From positions 24,554,175-24,609,004 of the forward strand of contig NC_057749.1 in assembly GCF_004010195.1 (NCBI RefSeq): DNA of 54,830 bases. The letters are read 5' to 3'. Numbering within the stretch: position 1 is the stretch's first letter; each line of letters opens with the position of its first letter. A program made the translations under genes and the position numbers. This document shows positions 22,878 to 34,862 of this stretch, in pieces. The DNA is from Chiloscyllium plagiosum (Eukaryota). The notes beneath the pieces are model-generated. The model saw only the letters and a program-made list of their open reading frames with translations. It was not told the DNA's origin and searched no databases.

Positions 22878-24223
22878 TGAAAACAAGCCTTCCAGCTCAG
22901 TGAGCAAACCTACATCCAAAACCTCAATCTGATCTACAAATCTTTTCAAAACTCATTGAGTATATTTAAAACAGAGATAGATAAGGGGATCAAAGTTTAT
23001 GGGGAAAAGATGGAAAAATAGGGTTGAAAAACCCATCAGCCATGATTGAATGGCAGAGCAGACTCAACGGCCTAATGTCTGCTCCTCCTCACATTTCCCA
23101 TGGCTAATCCACCTTACCTGCACACTGTGGGGCAATTTAGCATGGCCAATCCATCTAGCTGGCACATCTTTGGACTATGGGAGGAAACTCACACAGGCCC
23201 AGTGAGAACGTGCAAGCTCCACACAGACAGTCACCCAACCCAGGTCCCTGGTGCTGTAGGGCAGCAGTGCTAGCCACTGAGCCACCCCAGTTACTTAGGA
23301 AGGGGAATGGAACTAATCAAGATGCACTTTCAAAACCATTTTGGTTTGATTCCCATCCCTTTTTTTCACAAATTTCTTCATGGCCTCTTCCCTGTTTATA
23401 TCCCTAATCTCCTCCAGTCACACAACTCCCTGACACTGTTATAATTCTCCAATTCAAGGTTCTAGAAAATTCCGCAGGTCAATCGCTCCACCATTGGCCT
23501 TCAGCTGCCTGGATCCTAATATTGGAAGTTCTCTCCTGACACCATATTGAGAAAACTAGGAACATATCCTCCCAAGTTTAGAAGGATGAGACATGATGAG
23601 ACATTGAAAATATCTACAGGGGTTTGACAGGGTAGGTGTGGAAAGGCTGTTTCCCCTGGTTAACAGGGTAATTAAGAACAAAGGGATCTAGAACCAAGCC
23701 TCACAATGTCAGAATAAAGAGCAAAGCAGTTAGCATCGAGATTCCTTCACTCAGAGGGTGCTGACCCTTTGGAATTCTCAAGGACAGAAGTCTGTGGAAG
23801 TTCAATCAATAAATGTGATGAAGACAGATATTGATAGGTTGCTGGGGGCTGGGGAGTGGCAGACAGGACTCCTCTGAGCAATTGGAGGTGGTGGCAAGGA
23901 CATCCTCCTGGCTGCCAGGGCTGGCGGTGAGGGCAAGGCTCGTCCAGCCATTGGAAGTGGCTGTGCCACCTGGGACGTGGCTCCTCCTGGCGATCTATGC
24001 GAGACTTGCGGTCTGACCGAGAGTTCAGACCATGGCCATGCCTGATGCCTGCGCTCTGGGTCCGAACATCTTTATGGAGATAAGACTTAAACTCTGAGAT
24101 CAGGACTTTTTTTCTTACCTTTTGGTTTTCTTTTATTTCTGCTGCTGTTTTTTTTTGTTGAACTTCTGGCTTTGTAACCAAGATGGATCCAGAGAGTGGA
24201 GACTTTGTACACATTTCACTGTG

Positions 24224-24957
24224 CAGCTTGTTCTGCTATAATGTAACAATTCTGTTCCTCTGCAACCTCACACTATAGAAAATCACACTATACAAAATTG
24301 CACTATAGAAAATCACACTATACAAAATCGCTCTATACAAAATTGCACTATCCAAAATTGTACTATAGAAAATCACACTATACAAAATCGCTCTATAGAA
24401 AATCACACTANNNNNNNNNNNNNNNNNNNNNNNNNNNNNNNNNNNNNNNNNNNNNNNNNNNNNNNNNNNNNNNNNNNNNNNNNNNNNNNNNNNNNNNNNN
24501 NNNNNNNNNNNNNNNNNNNNNNNNNNNNNNNNNNNNNNNNNNNNNNNNNNNNNNNNNNNNNNNNNNNNNNNNNNNNNNNNNNNNNNNNNNNNNNNNNNNN
24601 NNNNNNNNNNNNNNNNNNNNNNNNNNNNNNNNNNNNNNNNNNNNNNNNNNNNNNNNNNNNNNNNNNNNNNNNNNNNNNNNAGAAAAGCATGCTATAGAAA
24701 ATCACATGACACAAAATCATGCTGTAGAAAATTGCACTATGGAAAATCACGCTTTTGAAAATCACACTATAGAAAATGATGTTATATAAGATCATGTTAT
24801 AGAAAATTGTGCGATCAAAAATTGCACTGTCGAAGATCACTGATAGAAAATACCTTTTCAGTAGAAAGTTCACGTCGTCCGAACAACGTCTACAATTCAT
24901 CAATCGCGTTATAGCCAATTTGCGCTGACAAAACCCGCGTTATAGCAGTACAATCTG
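24224..24957. mobile_element. TcMar/Tigger-like MITE
   Basis: 20-bp TIRs cagcttgttctgctataatg / cgttatagcagtacaatctg (3 mismatches), followed by TA and preceded by TG. Confidence 0.7.
24269..24850. repeat. 15-bp minisatellite inside the MITE (gap 24411-24680)
   Basis: Unit cactatagaaaatca / cactatacaaaattg. Confidence 0.93.
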
Positions 24958-25594
24958 TACTCATGTGTTCCTATACTTGAAAATAAAATCTAATTCTAAT
25001 TCTAATTCCGATGACATTGTGCAGAAACGTGGCATTGAGACAGATGATCAGCCATAAACCAGATCCAGATCCACAGGGGAGACTGAGTGGCCTAATGGCC
25101 TTCTTCCGCAGTTATATACTGCCTCGACATCAATTTTCAATGGTAAAGTGCTCCTTAAAATCTACCGTTCTGCCCAAGTGTTTGACCATCTGACCTAATA
25201 CGGTGCTCGGAGTCAAGGCTTTGTTGGATTCTGTTCTTGTGGAGCAGCTTGGAATATTATGCTCCGTTGGAGATATTATCTGTTGTTACACATGTGGAGG
25301 GCTGACTGAATGCTTTATCAGTTGACGAAGGCAGTGTCTTGGGGGGGATCCAGACTGACCAAATTGAATGCTGTAATGAGTTTCCCAAAGGAAGAGGTGC
25401 CCATGCCAGTCTGCCAATGTCAGAGCACCGTGGCTGTCTCTGTCTTGACAAGAAGGTGCCAATGAGATGCCTGGAATATCGAGCTTTAACAATGAAAGAT
25501 CTCGGAGGAATGGCAAGTGAATGTTTAAAATGTGAACTGATGGTCACTAATGGCTTTTGTTGCAATAAAAGTTTCCTTTTCTGCTCCAAATCAA

Positions 25595-27400
25595 GCATGA
25601 AACCTAGGAACTGGTAGGTCATTTGGCCCTTTGAGGCTTGCTATCCCTGTCTACATCACATTGGCTGAGTCCCTAACCTCAATGCCATATTCCCACTTTC
25701 TTGATGTCTTTAGTATCTAAAAATTCATCAATCTCTTTCTTGAAAATTATTCACGATCCAGTCTCTACATCCTTCTGTTGTCATGAATTCACTATCTGGG
25801 TGAAGAAATGTTGACACATCTCATTCCTGAACGGTCTACCATGTCTCCTGAGACTGTGGCCCTAGTTCTAGACTCCCCAGTCTGGTGGAAACATCCTTCC
25901 TGAACCTAGACTATTCAGCCCTGTTAGAGCTTTATACGTTTCAATCAAATCCCATTTCATTCAACTGAACTCTAGTGAATTCGAATGAATGAATGATTTT
26001 ATTGTCACATGTATTTTACACATGAGAAAAACGGTAAAACACAGTGAAAATCTTTTCCACTGTCACCACCATCTGGCGCCATTTTGAATCAGTTTAGGAA
26101 TAAGAAAAAAGCCAAAAAACAAGAGCTTTAAGAGAGTCCATCAGCTCTGAGCCAGCTCGCCATCAACAATGCTTGCACTGCCCACCCTCCTCCATTGTCT
26201 TGTCAACCTCTACACCAAACCCAACCAACGTTGAGATCGCCACTCCTCAGATGCCATCTTTCGCAGCTCGGCCGATCCTCCTCTGTCACTGCCTCGCAAC
26301 TACCTATGCCAGACCCTCCAACCACAAGGCCGTGTCTCTTGCTGCTCGGCCCATCTCAGTGATGCCTTTTGCCTCCTCTTCACCGTGGCCAGTGCTGGAT
26401 GATGAAGACGTTGATCCTTAAGCACCATCTTTTGTTGCTGGGCTGATGTGGCAGCTGCCAATTCTAATGCCGGGTTCTGTGCTCGCTCCAGGAAAGCTTT
26501 ATTGTAACATGACGACAGTGAAACATTTACAGATTTGTCACTTACTGCACCGTTTTAGGTACAAGGTACATGGGTACAGACTCTTCAGTACAGGCCCTTA
26601 GGAAAATAAAATTAGAAAAAAAATAAAGAAATAAAAAGCACAGCATTACAGATCGTAGAATAAATTTCCATCATCTGCTCTGGTTTCCTCACATAATCCA
26701 AAGAGGGTGAGAGGGGAAAGATATAAAAGAGACCTAAAGGGCAACTTTTTCACGCAGAGGGTGGTGCTTGTATGGAATGAGCTGGCAGAGGATGTGGTGA
26801 AGGCTGGTAAAATTGCAACATTTAGAAGGCATTTGGATGGGTATATGAATAGGAAGGGTTTGGAGGGATATGGGCCGGGTGCTGGCAGGTAGGACTAGAT
26901 TGGGTTGGGATATCTGGTCGGTATGGACGGGTTGGACCGAAGGGTCTGTTTCTGTGCTGCACATCTCTATGACTATATGTGCAGGTTAGGGTGAATTGGC
27001 CGTGCTAAATTGCCCATAGTGTCCAAGGATATGCAGGTTAGGTGAATTGGCCATGTTAAATTACCAATATTGTTCAGGGATGTGTAGGTTAGGTGGATTG
27101 GCCATGGAAAATGCAAGGTTACAGGTAGGGGGATGAAATGCTCTTCAGAGGGTTGGTGTAGACTTGTTGGGCCGATTTCACACTGTGGGGATTCTATTCT
27201 ACGAAATTAGAAAATCTATCCTCATAGGACAATCCTACCATCCCTGGTATCTGTCTGGTGAACCTCTGCTATACTCCCTCTATGGCAAGTAATAATACCT
27301 TCCTTAGGAATCTTCCAGATGTGGTCTCACCACGTCCCTGTATAACTGCAGCAAGGAATCCCTATTTCGGAACGCCAATCCTCTTACAATGAAGGCCATC
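25595..27400 (-). mobile_element. Decayed CR1 (25595-25980 and 27200-27400) split by family F elements, a + strand CR1 tail and an HE1 fragment
   Basis: CR1 sequence resumes after the nested inserts. Confidence 0.65.
26705..26977 (+). mobile_element. CR1 (HER1-type) 3' end, followed by a partial HE1 (26978-27200)
   Basis: RGERYKRDLKGNFFTQRVV... and tail. Confidence 0.9.
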
Positions 27401-27832
27401 AATCAAGCACATCCCCAGCCCCCATTGTAATTCCCGTTCTTGCTCCTTAGAACTAAAGTTACAGCTGAAAGGCTGTTTGCTGTAAGAAATGGAAATTGCA
27501 ACTTCTAAATGCAAAACCCCAAGCCCGACTAGCAACAAATACGGACACGCCAATAAAAGAAGGAACAAATGAAATTTAGCTTTCCAACGGGTGATTTAAA
27601 AATCTGTGACTGACATTTATGAACCTAGCTTCTTTAGCCAGGCCAGCCACAGACACAGCGAGCAGCAAGTGGAGACTGGTTAAACAACACAGATGCTGTG
27701 CTCTGCCATGGATGCTAGGGCTGGCCCAGACTCTCCAGGGCTTGAAGATCAGTTTCTGGGACACTGCTATGTGCGAGCCTGGAGAGAAACACGTTTTTTT
27801 GGACATTTTCATTGACCGTTTCTATTTCCCAG

Positions 27833-27889
27833 ATGAAAAAATACTAAAATTAGCGATGAAAGGTGCAACTGTCCAGCAGTATCCATTTG
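27833..27889 (+). other. Candidate 57-nt exon (DEKILKLAMKGATVQQYPF, phase 1-1)
   Basis: Branch-like tTGAC plus polypyrimidine ttctatttcccAG acceptor; weak donor TTG|GTTAAT; unique sequence. Protein not recognised. Confidence 0.3.
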
Positions 27890-28863
27890 GTTAATGAATC
27901 TTTTTCCTTTCCAATTGACATAGGGAGTCACTAGGATGTGGGGTATTGGTTGAGTACTGGTTGTAGTGTGGGGCGAGTCAGGAGACAAAATCTCCAGGAA
28001 TACATTTAATCATCATTGGCAACTCGACGTTCTGTATTTCCCATTCTGATCAGTGATATCGCTCCTCTAACTAACCCCCTCATATATAGACAGGGCAGTT
28101 AAGATGGCATTTAGCAAACTCGCCTTCATTGCTCAGACCCTTGAGTACAGGAGTTGGGATGTCATGTTGAGGTTGTACAGGACATCGGTGAGGCCTTTTC
28201 TGGAGTACTGTGTCGACATCTGCTCGCCCTGCTGTAGGAAGGCTATTACCTTAAACTGGAGTGGTTCAAGAAGGCAGCTTACCCCAACCTTCCCAAGGAC
28301 AATTAGAAATGGGCAATAAATTCTGACTAAGCCAGTGACCCCACACTCCCCAGGGGTAGGAAAGAAATGATATTTATTCATCAGAACATTTTCATGAAGT
28401 AGTGTCTGGTGATTGTCACCAGGAGTTTGGCATATTGGCTTAACTTCTTATCTGAACGATAGTATTTCCGACAGTGCGACACTCCCTCTGTACTGGTTTT
28501 CTGTTTTCCCCCAAATGGAGTAGAACTTGAACAAATGACCCGGTGTCTCAACATTGCGTGCCACTGAGACATGACTGATTGAGTTAATGTTCTCGAGACT
28601 GGGTATAAAGGGCATCCTGTGAAATTGCACCTCAAACGACGGGGTATTTATGGTCTGGCAGCAGAGAGAGTGACCACTGATGGAGGTTGAAGAGAGGTGT
28701 TTGAAGACAAGAGGACTCCAGGCTGAGCTGACAGGGCAAATGCACTCCCATTGACAGAAAGACCAAGGCTGATTGGCGAAATATTGAAACGTGGCCTGAG
28801 GATGAACATTTTATTGCGGCGAGTGGTGAGTATCTTCCTGAGGTGCTCCTGAGAGTCCAAGGC

Positions 28864-29522
28864 TGTGCAGGTTAGGTGGATTGTCCATAGGGTCCAGGGA
28901 TGTGCAGGTTAGGTGGATTGTCCATAGGGTCCAGGGATGTGCAGGTTAGATGGATTGACCATAGGGTCCAGGGATGTGCAGGTTAGGTGGATTGACCATA
29001 GGGTCCAGGGATGTGCAGGTTAGGTGGATTGACCATAGGGTCCATGGATGTGCAGGTTAGGTGGATTGACCATAGGGTCCAGAGATGTGCAGGTTAGGTG
29101 GATTGACCATGGGGTCCAGGGATGTGCAGGTTAGGTGGATTGTCCATAGGGTCCAGGGATGTGCAGGTTAGGTGGATTGACTATAGGGTCCAGGGATGTG
29201 CAGGTTAGGTGGATTGTCCATAGGTCCAGGGATGTGCAGGTTAGGTGGATTGTCCATAGGGTCCAGGGATGTGCAGGTTAGGTGGATTGACCATAGGGTC
29301 CAGGGATGAGCAGGTTAGGTGGATTGTCCATAGGGTCCAGGGATGTGCAGGTTAGGTGGATTGACCATGGGGTCCAGGGATGTGCAGGTGAGGTGTATTA
29401 GCCATGGTTAATGCAGGTTACAGGGTTAGGGTAAAAGGGTGGGTAGTTTGTCGGAGGATCCGTGTGGACTCAATGTGCTGAATGTCCTACTTCCACACTG
29501 TAGGAGATCTATGATTCTATGA
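28864..29522 (+). repeat. 37-bp tandem array (about 14-15 copies) expanded from the internal repeat of an HE1 SINE, ending in the HE1 tail
   Basis: Unit gatgtgcaggttaggtggattgaccatagggtccagg; HE1 3' tail at about 29410-29522. Confidence 0.93.
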
Positions 29523-29739
29523 GGGTGAATACAGATTCAATTGTGGCTTTCCAAAGGGAAAGTTCAGCCCTTTAACATCTTCAGAAGTGGTATTGGTCTT
29601 TACCACACTTACTACCCACTAGGCCAAGGCTATTCTAGTGGGCAATAATAATGCCTACCTCCAATTCTGCACTTCCAGCCATCTCTTTACTCTCTCCCCT
29701 GTCATCTCAGTCCGACACTTATGGGTGGCAATAATTTTT

Positions 29740-30110
29740 ATTTGACCTTGGGATGTGGACATTGATGACTGGGCCTAGTCTTTGTTGCCCATCCCTCGAT
29801 GCTCTTCAATTGAGGGGCTTGCTGCGCCACCTGGCCCACTCATCTCCTTTAGGGAGGGAAATCTGCCATTCTAACCCAGTCTGGTCTACCTGTGAATCCA
29901 GACCCACAGCAATGTGATTGACTTTTGAGATACAGATGCCCCTCCTTAAAGGAGATGAGTGGGCCAGGTGGGTTTTCACAACAATCGATGAGCCTATGTT
30001 TAATATTAACGGAACTCCAATCCCAGCAGCTGCTTTGCTGGGATTTGAACTCCATATCCTCAGAGAATTAATCTGACATTTGGATTACTAGTCTGGAGGC
30101 ATTATCACTT
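29740..30110 (-). mobile_element. Second-family SINE, decayed and rearranged
   Basis: Similar to 5132-5465; the central segment (about 29845-29930) is in the opposite orientation. Confidence 0.6.
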
Positions 30111-30500
30111 CAACACACTTTCCCCCATTATTTTGTCTTTCCTTGCTCACTAATGGAAACCTCACATCCAGCCCCAAATTTCCCCCAGTCTAATCCTAAC
30201 CCTATGTCTTTCTCTACACTATTATCTATTGCTGCTTCCTTACATCACCCTGAGTTAGGTTTGTCCAGGGCACCCATTTCCTGCCGGATTGCCACCATTC
30301 CTGTTACATTGTTGACCATCTCACTTTCCTTTCAAAGCCTCGAAGCAGCTGATGTTGCAAATGGTCCCATCAAGATGTGTGCCATATTCTTTTCACCCCT
30401 ACCTCGATCAGAAAGCCCAACTTTGCCCATGCCATCAATATCCAGAGGAATAATAGCAGGATATTTCGGATTACATGGACAGATACCTAAAATCTCTTTG

Positions 30501-31018
30501 CAGGGAATCCCTGAGTTACAAACACCCAATTTATGACAGAATCCCTACAGTACGGAAACAGGCCATTTGGCCCAACAGGTCCACACTGACCCTCCAAAGG
30601 GTAACCCACCCAGACCCATTACCCTAAATTTCCCCCTGACTAATGCACCTAACACACTCATCCCTGGATGGCCAATTCACCTAACCCACACATCTTTGGA
30701 CCGTGGGAAGAAACTGGAGCACCTAAAGGAAAGCCACGCAGACATGGATAGAATGTGCAAAGTCCACACAGACAGTCATCCGAGGCTGGAATTGAACCTG
30801 GGTCCCTGGCGCTGTGAGTCAGCAGTGCTAACCACTGAGCCACCATGCCACCCTAAACGCCACTTATGAGCACAATCTCATAATTGGTTGTAATTTTAAA
30901 GATCCAACATACCAATGTTCCCTCGTACCTAGCTATTTTATACTGTCGTGCTTTGTGTTCTGACTTGCGTACAAATCAATTGCAAATCGTCTTAAGAACT
31001 GAACCCCGGGACTGCCTG
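30501..31018. mobile_element. Decayed Tigger-like MITE split by an HE1 SINE
   Basis: Ends cagggaatccctgagttac / ccccgggactgcctg-TA. Confidence 0.45.
30537..30853 (-). mobile_element. HE1-type V-SINE
   Basis: Reverse-complement head, V-domain and tail. Confidence 0.9.
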
Positions 31019-31531
31019 TATTAGGTATGAGGCAATGCTCATTATTTGATTTTCACTGGTTCATGTCTCGATGGTAGCAGTCTCACCTCTAAGTGAAAGG
31101 TTTGAGGGAGTGCTGCACTCAGGTGTGCTTATTTTTCAAATGAGACATAAAATCATGAGGGGCATGGATAGGGTGAATAGCCGAGGTCGTTTTCCCAGGG
31201 TAGGGGAGTCCAAAACTAGAGGCCGTAGGTTTAAAGTGAGAGGGGAAAGATACAAAATGGATACGGGACAGTTTTTTCACGCAGTGGGTGGTGCGTGTGC
31301 TTGGAATGAACTGCCAAAGGAAATGGTGGAGGCTGGTACAATTATAACATTTAAAAGCATCTGGATGGGTATATGAATAGGAAGGGTTTAGAGGGATATG
31401 GGCCAAATGCTGGCAAAGGGGACTAGATTAATTTAGATTTTTTAAAATATTCATTCATGGGATGAGGACATCGCTGTCCAAATCAGCATTTATTGCCCAT
31501 CCCTAATTACCCAGACAGTATTTAAGAGTCA

Positions 31532-31703
31532 AAGGAGAAGGAGAATCGACGTTTCGGGCATAAGCCCTTCTTCAGGAATTCTTCAGGTTTATGCCCGAAA
31601 CGTCGATTCTCCTTCTCCTTTGATGCTGCCTGACCTGCTGCGCTTTTCCAGCAACACATTTTTAAGCTCTGATCTCCAGCATCTGCAGTCCTCACTTTCT
31701 CCT
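31532..31703. mobile_element. Short self-inverted PLE-derived element (family A)
   Basis: 15-bp TSD agta(t/c)ttaagagtca at 31517-31531 and 31704-31718. Confidence 0.92.
31548..31575 (-). ncRNA. Minimal hammerhead motif
   Basis: Minus strand CTGAAGA-a-gggc-ttat-gccc-GAAAC-GTC. Confidence 0.8.
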
Positions 31704-32469
31704 AGTACTTAAGAGTCACCCACATTGCTGTGGGTTTGGAGCCCCCCTGTAAGCCAGATGAGGTGAGGATGACAGCTTCCTTCCCTCAAGAATGTTAGTG
31801 AACCAGATAGAGTTTTCCTAACAATCAAGTCACAATCATCATTAGACTCTTATTTCCAGATTTTCACTAAGTCCAAATTCCACCATCTATCACAATGGGA
31901 TTTGAACCCAGGGCATTACCTGCGTTGCTGGATTAACAGTGTAGCAATGATACCAGTAGGTAATGGCCTCCCCATATCTGGTCAACGTGGACGATTGGAC
32001 AGAAGTGTCTGTTTCTGTGCTACACAATTCCACGACTCTATTTGAGGAGAGGTGAGGGCCTCATTGTGCTATCCCTTAGCCTATTAATCGAGAGAACCAA
32101 ATGGTGATGTCCTGCGGACCCCAAGTTTGAATCCTGCCTTGGCAAATGATGGAACTTGAGTTCAATGAAGTTCTGAAATTGAGCATGATGTGAAGGAACC
32201 GAGTGTAGATTTTCATGCCTGAGAGATATCAGAGGAAAATGGTGACATCACCTGTGAATTGCAGTGTGTTGCCGTGACAATCAGTGGTGACATTTGGTTG
32301 GCATAGTAACCAACATTGCTCCAAACAACAAGCTCTTACGTGACACTTGGGAACCTGCGTCTCTTGGATTGGTTTCTACAGTCATCAGCAGAAAGGAAGC
32401 TCTCCCAGCCCTGAGATTCAATCTGTCATACACCCATCATCTACTGCAAATGGGATTTAACATTCAAGG

Positions 32470-33013
32470 TCATAGGAAATAGGGTTGGGCTATTCAGTCC
32501 ATTAAGACTGCTCCACCATTCAATACCATCATGGCTGAACTCAGAGTTCAATACCAGTCTCCTGCCCCTGCGCCTCCGTCCCTTAATCCCCTGAGAGACT
32601 GAAAATCTCAGCCTTAACTGAACTCCATGATGGAGCATCTGCATTACTCTCAGATAGAGAATTCCAAAGTTTCTTAGCTGTTTGGGTGAAAATATATTTC
32701 CTCGGTCCTAAATGATCAGTCTTTGTATCATAGGATCCCTACAGTATGGAAGCAGGACATTCAGCCCATCACAACCTCCCAAAGAGCATCCCACTTAATG
32801 ACCTACCCTATCCCTGCATCTCCCATGGCTAACCCACCTAGCCTGTACACAATGGGACAATTTAGCCTGGCCAATCCACCCTAACCTGCACCTCTTGTGT
32901 CTGTGGGAGGAGACCAGAGCAAGCTCACACAGGGAACATGCAAATTTCAGAGTCACCTGAGGGTGGAAATGAACCCAGGCCCTTGGTGCTGTGGGGCAGC
33001 AGGCCACAAGCCA
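32470..33013 (-). mobile_element. Decayed CR1 tail (32470-32720) and HE1 SINE (32729-33013)
   Basis: Family motifs as above. Confidence 0.75.
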
Positions 33014-33082
33014 TCTCTTCTCCAGAGGTGGTGTATTCCATGATATTGATGCTGGTCTGAGCACTGACTTTACTTGTTAAGT

Positions 33083-33298
33083 TCTGGATCAGTGGTGCTG
33101 GAAGAGCACAGCAATTCAGGCAGCATCCGAGGACAGGCAAAATCGACGTTTCGGGCAAAAGCCCTGATTCCTGATGAAGGGCTTTTGCCCGAAACGTCGA
33201 TTTTGCCTGTCCTCGGATGCTGCCTGAATTGCTGTGCTCTTCCAGCACCACTGATCCAGAATCTGGTTTCCAGCATCTGCAGTCATTGTTTTTACCTT
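33083..33298. mobile_element. Short self-inverted PLE-derived element (family A variant) with perfect 84-bp arms
   Basis: 33082-33165 is the exact reverse complement of 33178-33261. Tail to 33298. 14-bp TSD ttt(a/g)cttgttaagt at 33069-33082 and 33299-33312. Confidence 0.95.
33171..33198 (+). ncRNA. Minimal hammerhead motif
   Basis: CTGATGA-a-gggc-tttt-gccc-GAAAC-GTC. Confidence 0.82.
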
Positions 33299-34079
33299 TT
33301 TGCTTGTTAAGTGCCCGCCCAGGCACTTACGTGGGATGAGAAACCTAGTTTCTAACATGGAAAACAGAACTGGCAATTCAGCATAGCACAAGCTGTACTC
33401 AGGATCTATAGCTTGATCCCAGAGGCCTGAAAGCTGATTATACAACTACCTCATGGCTGTCCTTTTACGCAAATGGATTGATACTGTTTTAAGCCTCAGT
33501 AGGAATGTGGAGCTTTCTGCATTGTCATAGCTAATTACAGCACAGGTCATCAAAGCATTAATAAGGGAGAATGTGATTAACAATGGAAAGGGGTGCAAAA
33601 TAGGCAGCAGGATCAAAACTTGTATCAATACATTTTTTTAATTTGTTACACAGGATATGGGCATCACTGACTACACTATCAAATACCTGGAACACGCCTC
33701 TGTAACAGCATTGTGGGTCTACCTATGATACATGATTCAAGAAGGTGGTACGCTCTTCATTAAAGTTGTTGAAAAGGTGGTGGTGGAGGTTCCACGATTT
33801 TGCCCAGCGACTCTGAAAGAACGATGCCATATTTCCAAGTCAGGATGGTGTGGAGGGAACATTGTCAAACCATAATGACACCATCTGCCTGTTCTCCCTG
33901 TCCTTCTGGTTGGCCAATAATGGTTTGATGCCCCTGTTTCTTCATTCATTCATAGGATGAGGGCATCGCTGGCTAGACCAGCATTCATTGCACATTCTCG
34001 ATTGCCCAGAGGGCAATTAAGAGTCAACCACATTCCTGTGGGGCTGAAGTCACATATAGGCCAGACTGGGTAAGGATAA

Positions 34080-34780
34080 CAAGCAGGAGGCTGGAAGAAC
34101 AGGCAACGTCAGGTGGTGGAGAAGTTGACAGTTTTAGGTATAACCATTCTTCAGGGCTGGGGGTGGGTGTGGGAGAAGCTGCAGATAAAGGGGGAGGTGG
34201 GGGCAGGGTGGTGAAGTGGGGATAGGTGAAGACAGGTACAGGGTATGACCTGGTTGGTCAATGGGAGGGAGCGGAAGATGAGGTGTTGTTCCTCCAATGT
34301 GCGATTTGGTTTATTGTGGCAATGGAGGAGGCCAAGGCTGGTCATGTTGGAAAGGGAGTGGGAAGGGGAATACACCTCCTCCCACCCAGTATCCTGCAAG
34401 AACCTCTCTCACTCTCCCAATTCCTCTGCCTCTGCTGCATCAGATGAGGACATATTCCACTCCCAAACATCTCAGATGTCCACCTATTTTGAACAACGTG
34501 CTTTTCCCTCCCCCCGTCATCCAGACACCCCTCCACCACACCATCTCCATTCCCCATTCCAGTGCTCTAAACCTCCTTCTCCAAACACAATAAGGGCAGA
34601 GTCCCCCTTGTCCTCACCAGTCTCCACATCCAAAGAATCATCCTTAAACACTTCAGCCAACTCCAACTACACACCACCACCAAGAACATCCTTCCCTCCC
34701 CACCCCTCTCTGCCTTCCACAAAGACTGTTCTCTTCGACAGTCCTTGGTTTGCGTCACCCTCCCCATCAAATCCCATATC
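34080..34780. mobile_element. Decayed Penelope-like element with an internal inversion
   Basis: Minus 34080-34370: LGLLHCHN...LEEQHLIFR (endonuclease C-terminus), a CT-rich tract, a degenerate CTGAAGA core and a family A-like tail. Plus 34370-34780: YTSSHPVSCK...SQFL...DEDIFH...M...F..RAFP (RT thumb). Confidence 0.75.
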
Positions 34781-34862
34781 CTAATGCTGAATCTTATTGA
34801 ATAGTCATATAAGTAATAAAGTTCATTAATTGTTGATGGAAGAAGCACATATTGATGAAACC

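Larger units (their letters stand above)
22734..22952. mobile_element. Short self-inverted PLE-derived element (family D)
   Basis: Exact 11-bp TSD tcattgagtat at 22723-22733 and 22953-22963. Inverted arms of about 80 bp (22735-22816 / 22838-22918). Tail ...ctacaaatctt...aaact resembles 3178-3210. Confidence 0.9.
22435..23085 (+). mobile_element. CR1 LINE 3' fragment splitting an HE1 SINE (minus strand, about 22355-22434 and 23087-23288)
   Basis: CR1 ORF2 end and tail; HE1 tail to the left, HE1 body and head to the right. Confidence 0.82.
23855..25010 (+). mobile_element. Family F element, interrupted by a MITE
   Basis: aagatgg...catttcactg resumes after the MITE as tactcatgtg...aaaataaaa(tctaat)n. 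Confidence 0.55.
31145..32040 (+). mobile_element. CR1 3' fragment split by a second-family SINE (minus strand, about 31440-31972)
   Basis: CR1 tail gactagattaatttag resumes as atatctggtcaacgtggacg after the SINE. Confidence 0.82.

Noticed and set aside
24298..24918. Repetitive ORFs (HYRKS...)
   Set aside because: 15-bp array plus N-gap.
28864..29410. CRISPR-like 37-bp repeats
   Set aside because: Head-to-tail copies of an HE1 SINE segment.
33083..33298. Classical DNA-transposon MITE or miRNA precursor
   Set aside because: Asymmetric tail, variable 11-16 bp TSDs across the family, and sequence continuity with Penelope 3' ends.
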